From assembly GCA_951406725.2 (NCBI GenBank), contig OX597815.1:112034001-112098000 (forward strand): 64,000 nucleotides of DNA. The letters are read 5' to 3'. Both the position numbers and the translations under genes were made by a program. Under the pieces are notes generated by a model that was not told the origin of the DNA, ran no database searches, and worked only from the letters and a program-made list of their open reading frames with translations. This document shows positions 1-11,399 of the stretch, one piece after another. The number at the start of each line of letters is the position of its first letter. Position 1 is the first letter of the stretch. Source of the DNA: Octopus vulgaris (taxonomy: Eukaryota).

Positions 1-43
<43 letters not shown>

Positions 44-83
44 GTGTGTGTGTGCGTGCGTGCGCGTGCGTGCGCGTGCGTGC
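1..83. repeat. (TG)n/(TGCG)n microsatellite
   Basis: Directly visible dinucleotide run. Confidence 0.95.
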
Positions 84-234
84 ATTTGCTTCAGTAGTAT
101 ATATATATTTGAAGAGAGGAATAAAATGTCTTCTCTGATTATTTTCCACTTTGATATTAATTCTAATTACTAAAGAGGAAAATTGTCAGTAAAGCCATTT
201 ATATTCACTTTTTAAATGTATAGACAGACTCACA

Positions 235-275
<41 letters not shown>

Positions 276-2409
276 ATATATGTATATATATACATATATT
301 ACAATAAAAAATGCAGGCTCTTGCATGTTAATATTCTTAAGTTATTATGTCTGGAAAAGTAAAGGAGATTTCTACAGTACAATTTGCCTAATTCATCAGA
401 TCTAAATGAAACTAAAAAGTACTTAAAATTAAAAATTCTACTATATTTAAAGTACTGTGGCTCAGAATAACACTTATTAAATTATTCTATATTTTATTAA
501 GATAAAAATTATATAAACATTACTGGGTTCTCCAGATATAAGCCCAATGGATTTTAAGCCTATAGGTTCGTATCTAGAAATTCTTTTCATGTATAACCCC
601 AGTAAGTTTTATTATTTTCAGAAAGACAATTATTTAATCAAAGTTATTTACGTCTGTATCTAAGCATATGGGCTTATTTTTGGAAAAATCATTATTTTAA
701 AAATGAAATAATATCAGATTATTTTTTTATAAAATACAGTAGAATTCGGCTAATGAATCATCCATAGGAGAAAATTGAAAGTCAAGCATTAGGTGAAGTA
801 ACCAATTAGCGAAAGAGGAATCAGGCTAATTCTACTGTATTAATGCTAAATAATAAATTTTACTTATGATTAATTTTTCAGATTAGCTTTTTTTATGTGA
901 AAGAATTGACTGAGCCATTTACTGACCATTATACGACCATCAATGTTAAAAATAATATTACTATTTTAATTGTATATTTCAAAAGACATGATTTTAAAAA
1001 GTTTCCTGTTTAAATTTATTTTTGATTATTGTTGTACCATGTCTTTAAAGATTTGTATTTGTATTTTAGATTATCATAATAAATAAAAGAAATTATCTCA
1101 AAATTACCTTATATAATGTATTTTAATTTTAAACATTCTCGGCTGCAATATTTTAAGTACATTAGAATTTTAATTGCCATACTTTTTCGTTTCCTTTAGA
1201 TGTGACGAATTAGGCAAATTCTACTGTAGAAATCTGTACCTTTAAGATTAACATGCATGCCCTTGCATTTTCCATTGTAATCCACCTTTTGCCCAGGTAA
1301 TGCAGGAAAACTAATAAGTATTCCTTTGTTAATAAATATTGAATTATTTTTCATTGTTGATGATTGAATTAAAATGAGACTTTTATGTTGTGTACGAATG
1401 CGCCAAAAAATAAAGAGCGAAAATTCACAATGAAAAATAATTTTCTATATAATAGCGAATATTAATCTAATACTAATTTTATATAAAATCATGAGATAAC
1501 TGAGCCATATCTATACATAGTAAGAAGAGCTAGAAAGTAGTAGTATGAGAATGTATCAACTATATAGTAACAAGAGAATCTGATCGTATGAATAGTAAAG
1601 CTATGGCTAATATAATATTTTATAAAAGGCAAAATACCCAATGCATCCACTCTAAGGCAGCGGGAGCCACCTATCCTTGCTAGGATAAAGTTTTTTGTCA
1701 ACTTGCCTGAAAATAAAAAAAATTGAACCGTATTACTCTGAAATTCACCTTATTCTGTCAGAAAGCAAAAGCCTTGTCAACTTACCCTACGAAACAATTA
1801 TCTAAATTCTTCTACACTTATCATTGAATTAAAGTTTAAAAGAAACGAAAAAGTTATCGGAAAATCAGAAATTCTTACAAATTCGGTCGTAATGCTTTGC
1901 TTTCGTTTGTTTTATAAAAACAACTATTATGCAGAAAATGCCAGCTTCTAAATCATGTTATCTGATTTGGTGAAAATGATTAAACTTTAAACCTCTGTAA
2001 CATTTTTCTGCAATAAGTATGTATGTATGTATGTATCTCATTATTCAGTTTATTTCAAGATTTCTTGCCAATAGAACTTAGAACCAAGGTCCCTTCACTG
2101 GAATTTCAACATCAACAACTGGGTATTTTTGTATCTATTTATGTATGTTTATGTACACCTGTATTTTTTACATATGTATTCTCACGCAGAATGTTGCATA
2201 TATAGACATGCTTATATATATGTAAATGATAAACGCCTGGAAAGTTTTATAAATGTTCACAGTTCTAGTGATGGATTCGATCTGTAGCCTTCGAATCAGC
2301 CTTCTATTTCTGGTTTTCAGAAACCTAATTGGTCAAGGTTCGTACTTAGACAGTGTGTTACATATGTATGTATGAATATACATATGAATGTATGTATTAT
2401 GTATGTTAT

Positions 2410-2900
2410 GTCAGGTCACTTTCGAGTGCTACTGGCAACGTGTAACCCAGTACAACCTGTTGCATGGTCGCGTCGTCGGCGACTAAACCCGCAACCCCAC
2501 CAAGCTTGCTTGGTGAGGAGGTTGTTTATTGGACACCCTGCGGGATGAAAAACAAAACCCGTCAAATGGCGGAGGAACTCTTGAGAGTCAACGGCCATCC
2601 TATATATGTCTTAAGGCTGTATCATGCGCGGGGACATAGAAATAATCGAACTGAATACCCGATCGCGCGGTTAAACCATTGGGAGTGAAGGACTCCTAGC
2701 CTTAGTTAGGGCACCATTCTATGAGAAGGTAACTCAGGTAACTGGGATAACTGCGGTTCAGTGGTTACCGATGATGTTGACTTGTTTTTCTTTTCGGATT
2801 ATGGCTGCTAAAAAACATCTTGCACAGGCATTGCACGATAACAACATTGATTAAGCTTCGCGCAATGGCAATACTTGATAACGAGGGGGCATCCACCATT
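2410..2900 (+). mobile_element. GC/CpG-rich short retroelement, probably derived from an RTE-clade 5' region
   Basis: GC-rich island between (TATG)n tracts. Contains GGGCACCATTCTATGAGAAGGTAACTC and GTCGTCGGCGACTAAA, which resemble RTE 5'-UTR motifs (recognition only, no alignment). Confidence 0.4.
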
Positions 2901-3009
2901 ATGTATGTATGTATGCATTACGTATATTTATGTATCTGTGATTGTGTGTCTGTGTGTGTTTATTTACGAATGACAGCTGAAAAGAGTCCTGTTGTCATCA
3001 ATCATTCTC

Positions 3010-3484
3010 AACTCAAATTTCGGTAATTAATCCATTTCTCATCACCTGTCACAATTTGCTTTAAAAAAGGCGCGTTTTCATTCCGTTTATAAAGAGAATC
3101 ACAGATGGAAATGCGATCCAAAAGGTTCTTCTCACTCAACTCATGTGGTACCCAAATATCGTAGCGATTTGTGTAGACAAGCTTTACCAGGATTTTGTTA
3201 GATTGATGCTTTCTACCAATTTTCGAGTTGTGCAATGTGAGTTATTCTCAATTAATATGTTGATTTGGTCATCATCTGTAGTGGATGGTCTGTCTGATCG
3301 CTCTTTATCAATAAGGCTACAATCTCCAGCTCGGAATCTTGCAAACCACTTCCGTACAGTTCTTTCGGGTAAAGAAACATCACTGTAAAGTGTACATATT
3401 TCTTTGGTTGCTTGAAGCATTTTTCCCTTTACGGAAAAAATTATTTTTTCCGTAAAGGGAAAAATGAACTTTCTTATCTTCCAT
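3010..3484 (-). mobile_element. Mariner (DD34D) transposase 5' fragment, frameshifted
   Basis: MEDKKVHF...FRKGKNA start, HTH segment 'TVRKWFARFRAGD', 'WVPHEL' linker and 'IVTGDEKW' first catalytic Asp, spread over ORFs 3184-3420 and 3008-3235. Confidence 0.92.
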
Positions 3485-3749
3485 TTTAAAGGGTTACAGA
3501 ATTAACAGAGGTTATAGGAACATAAACCTTCTTCCACGAAAAGAGAGCTTAAACTGTGTTCTAATTGGAGGTGTAGTCAAATCCTATGTTATGGACTCAA
3601 CCATGTCCTAAAATAAGACATTATATACAGACATTACAATAGTAGACACCGTTATAATCGTTATACTGTTTTTAAATCTAAAATTATGCATTCGAATTAT
3701 TGATTAATTATCATGTGATCTTTTCATTTAGTAGAGATGCCCTTTGCAT

Positions 3750-3970
3750 TTTTCAATTCAAGGATCCTATTATCAAATGACGAATATTTTCTTCAGGAGT
3801 TTCATGCAGTAATCTCAAAAGACTTGGCTTTCGGGACGTTTCCAAGTTCATTTCATGAAGTGTCCTGTCCATTATGCCCCAGTGTTGCTCAATAGTGTTC
3901 ACAGTCCGTACTGCGGACTGTATTGTAATCATCTCAGGAATACACACTATGATGTTTAGAAACATGTGAT
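3750..3970 (-). mobile_element. Possible Tc1-like transposase C-terminal remnant
   Basis: 'VNTIEQHWGIMDR' resembles the Tc1 LNPIEHxW motif; 'IRHLI' follows. Confidence 0.4.
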
Positions 3971-4218
3971 TTGTGGAAACGTGTCTAGTGATGCATTAAA
4001 ATGTTTATAAATTCTATCCACGGACTACTACTACTACTACTACTACTACCAATACTGGTGTTGTTGCTGATACTACTACTATTACTACTACTACTACCAC
4101 TACAATATTTACCCTAAATTATATCGGCACAGCTAGGTGTGACCCCAAAATCTGGTATTGCCAGTCAGCATCATTAGGCTGTAACCGGAATAATAAAATA
4201 GGAGAATGTATGCGTTTA

Positions 4219-4288
<70 letters not shown>

Positions 4289-4599
4289 TACTTACATATA
4301 AATACTTTCATACATACATACATACAGACAGACAGACGCACACACACGCATAAATATTTTCCTAACAAACATTCCACCGGGCATGCGTCTCTATTTGTGA
4401 CTGGTTGTGTAATTACAAGGAAACATTTTATTTTGTGTTCCGTAACTGGAAATGTGTTAGCACAAGATACTGAATAGTTAACGAGCTTTAAAACTACTTT
4501 TGAAACTGATAGGAAAGCTCTCATCCACAGAAATAATAGCACTACTCTATTGAACATTAACGATTTTTAATGTTCTTTCTAGTATTGAAATTTCCATTC

Positions 4600-6060
4600 T
4601 AATTGTTAAGCAGACGTTCCTAAAAAATTGATATAATTCTCTAGAAATATCTGCCTTTTTCTCTCTTTTTCATCTCATATGCTGAAACACGTCGCTCATC
4701 TCACAAATTTGCAATATCAGATCATGTTTTAGAAATGGCAGGGTATATACATATTTACTATCAAAAGATTTTTGACAGGAAAGTCTCGGCAATTGATTTC
4801 TAATATTTTAGTAGTAAATCTATATCATCACTACTCACATCAGAGAGAAGGTTGTACTGATGCTTCCATCAGTTCGTAATGCACATGTTTGTAAAGATCG
4901 AAGACGTACGTTTTACTATTCTCCGTCACAGATTAATTTTAAAATGGAAAATATATTCATCTAAGAGATAATTTGAATAGTGAGGCAAATCAAGCGAAGG
5001 TTGATCAATTTGTCAATTTACATTATGGTTCAGAGAAGATATTACTATGATGAAGATATATACATGAATCCTGTAATTTATGTCAGAAACTTTCGTCCAT
5101 CGGGTTTATACATCACCTTCATGTATATATATATATCCAAACTATATTTAAGCAGGAATTGAAATGTTTTCAGTTCAACAACCTCAATATCGATATCATA
5201 TTGTTGCAAAGGATTTCTACGAAATGAGGAATAAATTGAAAGAAAAGTTGAAAGGATGTATCTTTCAAAGTTTAGTTCATTCATGTAATATACGCATTGC
5301 CTAGAAGATAGCTTAATCGAATGCCTCCTAGTTATTTGGTGGGAAATAGAAGATTCGTGAAAATTAAGCTGATATTTTCTGAGCTGAAATATCAGATAAA
5401 TACGGTGATCTTGCCTTCCAAAGCTTATGATACAATGTCCATTGTGATTTCTGAAAAAGCCAATTACTTTGCATGAAAGTTGATATACGCACCGAAAATT
5501 ATGTTTTCGTTTCTAGCGCAAGTTACAATTTTGTGGCGGATGATATTCGCTGTACAACAGGAATAAACCAGACGGAAAATATTTTATGACCACAACCAGG
5601 CAAATATATTCAACAATACATACTGAGAGTATATCAACTCATATTTCATACTCACGCTACTATCAAAGGATTTCAATGAATAAACCATGCAGAATTTCTC
5701 AGTTAAGGCAAATCCATTCAGTACGTTAAACCGTATTGTTCTTTCTCTTTTCTGATCAGGTTTTAGATGACACTTCGATTTATCAAAGTCGGAGATACAT
5801 CACCATTAAAGAAGTATTAAGAGGCAGGGTTTTTCATTATATTTAATACTTCTTCTGAAACACGCTACTTAAATATGTCAGGTAAATGCTAAGTTATTGA
5901 AGTATCATCAACACAATGGTAAATATATTTGATTTACTGATGGAAATGACACTGCTGACATCCCTCGAAGATCCAGGGGCAAGCTGACAGAGTTCTTTCA
6001 GCCTAGACGCACTGATGAATTTTGCAAAACTATTCTATATTGTGAACTTCCATCTATATC
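4600..6060 (-). mobile_element. Highly decayed hAT-like (ZMYM1-type) transposase remnant
   Basis: Minus-strand fragments resemble FS(L/I)MxD (about 5800) and SFDSSVSM, like the xDGAxNM motif (about 5655). No long ORF. Confidence 0.35.
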
Positions 6061-6104
6061 TCTGAAAAGCTGAAGTTGCATTACAAATAACTATCACATC
6101 CTAT

Positions 6105-6134
6105 ATGTGTGCGTGTGTTTATGTATGTGTGTCC

Positions 6135-6167
<33 letters not shown>

Positions 6168-6230
6168 CGCACACACATATATATATACACACACACATAT
6201 ATATATATATACGTATATATACACACACAT

Positions 6231-6281
<51 letters not shown>

Positions 6282-6415
6282 AATATACATATATATATAT
6301 GCACATATAAATATACATATATATATATATATATGTAAACATATGTATATATATGTATACATGTAAGTGTGTATGCGTATGTATATGTGTGGATATATCT
6401 GTATATACGTATGTG
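6105..6415. repeat. Compound (TA)n/(CA)n microsatellite
   Basis: Directly visible; source of spurious YI/HT-repeat ORFs. Confidence 0.95.
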
Positions 6416-6419
6416 TCGG

Positions 6420-7980
6420 TGACCGGTAATTTGACTGCCAGTCAATTTCCCGCCTGGTAATTTCACTTCCGATATTAGAAAAAAGATAAAATAAAAAGTA
6501 CATGAAACATAAAAATTTTACTAAAATCTTCAATAATGATGCAGGTTATGAGCTATTGCTCGTAAAAAGTCCATATTATTTGCTGGACTATATCGCTGAA
6601 TAATTATCTGCAGCCGTTTGTTTATATCTTTATGCTATTTTTTTTTTGTCTCACAGATGTCACTTCAATCAAATTCAACCTTTCTCAATCGTGCCAAGTG
6701 TCCTTCCCTTTTAAATGCAGTAACTAATATTCATATATTCAGATGTGTGCAAGTTAAGGAACTTTGTAGTTCGTTGTGATAGCCCTCTAAATGGCTAATA
6801 GTACGAGGCATATCCGATTCTGTTTTAAAATGGATATTCCAACTATCGATGGGAACCAATGTAAAAGTTGTTCGTTGTCAAATTCCTCTAACTTGTACGC
6901 ATCCTATGTACAATAATTCAAATTTTTTGCGGAAGATCGTTGTCATCTACAAGATATTACAATCCATCAACCACCTCGCCGAGAGGAAGTAAAGCCAGCG
7001 CTGTAAAGCACCTGATTTTAATATTCAACTCATTATTGTGATTCTATCTTCTCTTAAAGCCAAAATCACATACTTTTCTCTCTATGAGATGGAAGCACTA
7101 GAAAACACATATAAATGCTATTAATGTGATTCTTGTTTCAAAATTCATAACATTTTAGGGCTCAATCTTTTACGTAATTCATTTAGCTGATTAAAAGGGT
7201 GGGTGTAAGTTTATTGATTTTTGTTTGAAAGTAATTAAAATAATCGCGGGACACTGAATGAACCCTCTTGAATATAAAGCGTATACAACTGATGAAATAA
7301 ATTTGGAGAGCACGTAAAAGTGTCATCCCCTGTCCAGTCTTTTACATTCACTCAATCATCAAACCTTTTTATCAGTTACGAACAAAAGTAATCTGTCTAA
7401 GTTTCACTACTATCAAACCGCAAGAAAAGTTCGCTACTATCAAGGAACTTGTATTTATCGGGTATCTCATAGCCAAATCGACTCTGAGGAAGTGGAGGGG
7501 CATTTACTTTTCCTTATATTGCAACTTAGACACAAAGAGGATGGCACGTGAGCCATTTCATTTTCATCAAGCTTTTCACAAGCAGTCGCAATTATTGAAC
7601 CAGAAGATTCCCAGGAAGCAGCGGTTTGTGCCTTAAGGTCCGCTAGTTTTGCAAACTTTGGGTTTTGAAGCACCCGAAATATGGTGATGCTCACCAATGT
7701 GCTTAATTATGGCACAAACTTCATCGAAAATTACAGGACATAATTTCGCATTTCCAATAAGTCTTAGATCCATCGGCATTTTGTTTCTGTGCTTCATATA
7801 TGTAATTCATGTCATCCACAACGTTCTTCCTTCCGCGGATACAGTTAAAAACGTGAGACATGGTGTATGTTTATTTCCTTTTAAAGCAACTTTTATATCC
7901 TGGTAAGTTGGATAAATAATTTATCTAAGTATTTACACGAACGCACAAGGCTTATTGTTATACAAGGTTACACAGCCAAC
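6420..7980 (-). mobile_element. Decayed MULE (Mutator-like) DNA transposon remnant
   Basis: Minus strand near 6545-6570 reads LLRAIAHNL, a MULE-type C-terminus like the 54.8 kb copy. GGTAATTT subterminal repeats at 6424-6465. Confidence 0.4.
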
Positions 7981-8142
7981 AGTGAACTGCTAACCAATCA
8001 ACTCCTGATAACTCGACATTACTATGGGGGTGGTCGGAATCCTTCTAAAACAGTAACGAATGAGGCAGGAATAGATCACGGGCAAACCTGTAAACTCTTT
8101 AAATAAAACACTCGAATGGATGACTGAAAAGTTACTTTCTGA

Positions 8143-8319
8143 TACATTATTTACATTATTTACTTTAGTTACATTTGGACTCATCTTCTTTGTTGTTAAC
8201 ACAACGTTTCGGCTGATATACCCTCCAGCCTTCATCAGGTGTCTTGGAGAAATTCCGAACCTGGGTTCTCATTCTTAAGTTATTTTTCGATGTTGTTGTT
8301 GTTGTTGTTATTATTATTA

Positions 8320-8418
<99 letters not shown>

Positions 8419-8503
8419 TCACTGACTGAAATCGAACTCGGGATCTTGGGGTTAGTAGCCCGCGCTCTTAATCACTACGCCACGGGCATATGACGTAGTG
8501 GTT
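8143..8503 (-). mobile_element. tRNA-headed SINE-like element with an internal (AAT)n tract and a 3' hammerhead ribozyme
   Basis: Minus strand order: A box TGGCGTAGTGA, arm GGG-CTACTAA-CCC, B box GAGTTCGATTTC (8414-8482), then (AAT)n, then HHR (8199-8242), then a TAAATAATG repeated tail. Confidence 0.8.
8199..8242 (-). ncRNA. Minimal type-I hammerhead ribozyme motif
   Basis: ACAC-CTGATGA-A-GGCTG(10-nt loop)CAGCC-GAAAC-GTT-GTGT. Stem I ACAC/GTGT, stem II GGCTG/CAGCC, palindromic AACGTT stem III. Confidence 0.8.
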
Positions 8504-8504
8504 G

Positions 8505-8837
8505 GGTCCCCAGATCGCAATCCACTTGGTTATCATTTGTGAGGCGCAGTGGTGGGGAGAAAAACAAAACTCTTTGTAACACTAAAAATGAACTGAAAGC
8601 AAGGATTATGGCAGCATTCACCACCTTAAAAAAGAATACTGACCAGAAGAGCTTTAGGAGATTCCGAAGTCACCAGGAAGCCATAATTGAAGTCAATGAC
8701 GATTCTATTGAATGAACTTACTCGTTAATATTTCAAGGTATTTTCTTGTAATTTGGGGAGATATATCTATTAAAATGAGATGTCAGTGTTTTCACTTTTG
8801 TGTAATTTAGACGACAGTTTATTCACTACGCCCTGTA
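8505..8837 (+). mobile_element. Tc1/mariner 3' end remnant with terminal inverted repeat
   Basis: CCAGATCGCAATCCACTTGGTTAT = PDRNPLGY (SPDLNPLDY-like). Ends in ...CACTACGCCCTG-TA. Confidence 0.65.
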
Positions 8838-8917
8838 AGCATACACACATACACACAAACACACACATACGCAAACGTACATACATAAATACATATATAT
8901 ATATGTATGTATGTATG

Positions 8918-8986
<69 letters not shown>

Positions 8987-8989
8987 CAA

Positions 8990-9829
8990 GTGAAAAAAGG
9001 GATATAAGATTAATAACAGTTTTTTAACATTGACAAGACCAGACCTACAATTGTTACAATTCATCACTTGTACCATAAAAATTAACTAAATTTACTGTAC
9101 TTTAACTAAAACAATTTTGTTAGTGTCTACAAATAAGTCTCTTGATTTTTATACATCAAAAATATTTGTATTTTTGCATGACTATATCTTTTTAATCTTT
9201 ATTCATATTAATTTATGACTAACAATATATATATATATAATATATATTAATATAATAACTGTATTTCCCTGTTCTTTATGTTTTCATTTGTTTTCATCCT
9301 GATTAATTCTTTTGGAGAATCTTTCCTCGAGACATTATCACTTGTAGCAAGTAACCAAATTAATTTAGATAAATGAAATTAAATTTGATTAATTTTTATG
9401 CCGCAAGTGATTAATTGAAATAATTTTAAGTCTGGTCTTGTCAATGTTTTAAAAAAAAACACTTTTATTAATCTTTTCTCCATCTCCTTTTTGTTTTGTA
9501 TCATATTATTAATAATATATATGTATGTGCCTGCTTTGTTAGGCATTTACCCACTTAATCATGGATATTGGATATTTTTATACCACCGAGGTGTATATCC
9601 TCATATATATAAATATATTATTATTAATAATAGCTAATAGTAGCAATCCAAAGCGTGTACTGTACCGGCAAGTATTAAAACATTATAGCACTAGGAAGTA
9701 CCAGCGTTGGTAGAAATAAGTATCATATGATATTTCTGTGTCTTCGAAGTTCAGCTGGTACTACCTAATGCCATAATGTTATACGCACACATGTATATAT
9801 ATATATATGTACATATATATGCGCATGTA

Positions 9830-9863
<34 letters not shown>

Positions 9864-10155
9864 CCTACATGCGCACACACACATATATATATATATGTGT
9901 GTGTGTGTGTGTCTATAGATAGATAGATATACATATATATATACATATATTTATGTTTTCATTTTGTTTTCGCTATGATTAATTCCTTTGGAAAATCTTC
10001 CCTCAAGACATTATCACTTGTAGTATGTAACGAAATTAATTTAGTTAAATCAAATTAAATTTGGTTAACTTTTATGCCGCAAGTGATGAATTGAATCAAT
10101 TTTAGGTCTGGTTATGTCAATGTTAAAAAAAAATATTAATCCTCTCTCCATCTCC
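8990..10155. repeat. Three copies of an approximately 200-bp dispersed repeat (one minus, two plus) among (TA)n tracts
   Basis: 9277-9490 and 9952-10155 are direct copies. 9021-9092 is the reverse complement of their 3' part. Confidence 0.8.
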
Positions 10156-10233
10156 TCCATGTAATAAACGGCGGTGCATTAGCATAAGCGCAGCTATGAG
10201 CTGAAACTACATCATATATATATATATATATAT

Positions 10234-10473
10234 AATCAAAATAAGCAACAAGGATATCAAGAGATAATGCAGTATGATCGTTTCATGCGACACCTTTTAA
10301 TTGAACAATGCAAACATTAAATCAATTTAAAATGTAGAGCTATCTTCAGCTGCATATCCTTGTTGCTTATTTTGATTATAATCACCCCATTTTGAATTAT
10401 ATGGGTAATATCATACTAAATTCTGCTGCCTTTAACTTAAGTACCATAATAATCTGAATCTAAAGTTAGTGAA

Positions 10474-10476
<3 letters not shown>
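10234..10476. mobile_element. Short PLE-type terminal fragment with inverted ends and tail, in (TA)n
   Basis: AATCAAAATAAGCAACAAGGATAT (10234) is inverted at 10354-10377. It encloses a degenerate HHR on minus (TGCAG-CTGAAGA...GAAAC-GATC-ATA-CTGCA). The tail resembles the 17.7 kb PLE tail. Confidence 0.65.
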
Positions 10477-10516
<40 letters not shown>

Positions 10517-10672
10517 ATTAGAGATAAAGCCACCATTTGGCAAATCAAACAGTGAAAAACATAAACCTAAACATAAAAAGAAAAATAATAAATATAATTT
10601 ACAAAATATATAAAATATAAATTTTAAAATTTAAATTATTTAAATTTAAAAGTATTAATTTATATTTATATT

Positions 10673-10726
<54 letters not shown>

Positions 10727-11192
10727 GTGTGTGTGTGTGTGTGTGTGTATGTATATTTATATATAAATATCAAAAAGTATTAAAAAGTTCTCGAAGTAGG
10801 TGACACATTTATCGAAGTATCAAAATGTCCATTTTACGTAACACAACATGATGTTTAGGCTAAAATATCATTTTTCTTGTAATTCTTTATTTTCAAATAT
10901 CCCATGGTGTTATGAAAACGCTGAAAACATCATTCTATTAAATATCATTCTACATTTATTGCGTACAAAAGAATACGTGTTCCACATAAAAACCGACATA
11001 GCAGTTGGATTCTGCATTCTTACAATATTATTTGTCAAGTCTTATTTTTCCTACAGAATATGCTGTCAATTTTATTCACCAACGAAATCTAGGCAAGTTT
11101 TATATTTTTGCAATCTTGTATATGATTGTTTGCTGTATAATTGTTGTCTTACTCAATAGAATGATATGTATATGTCTGCATTCATATGTTTC

Positions 11193-11248
<56 letters not shown>

Positions 11249-11349
11249 TATCAACACGGACATACACTCACACAGATATACGTACATATATATGTGTATT
11301 TTTGTGTATGTGTGCGTGTGTGTGTCACTGTCCGTGTATATATACATAA

Positions 11350-11397
<48 letters not shown>

Positions 11398-11399
11398 CA

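Noticed and set aside
2040-2300. PLE-like terminal fragment with HHR
   Set aside because: No GAAAC half is present; too degraded to support.
8414-8482. Functional tRNA gene (apparent anticodon ACT)
   Set aside because: No acceptor stem can be formed and it is embedded in a repeat, so it is treated as a SINE head.
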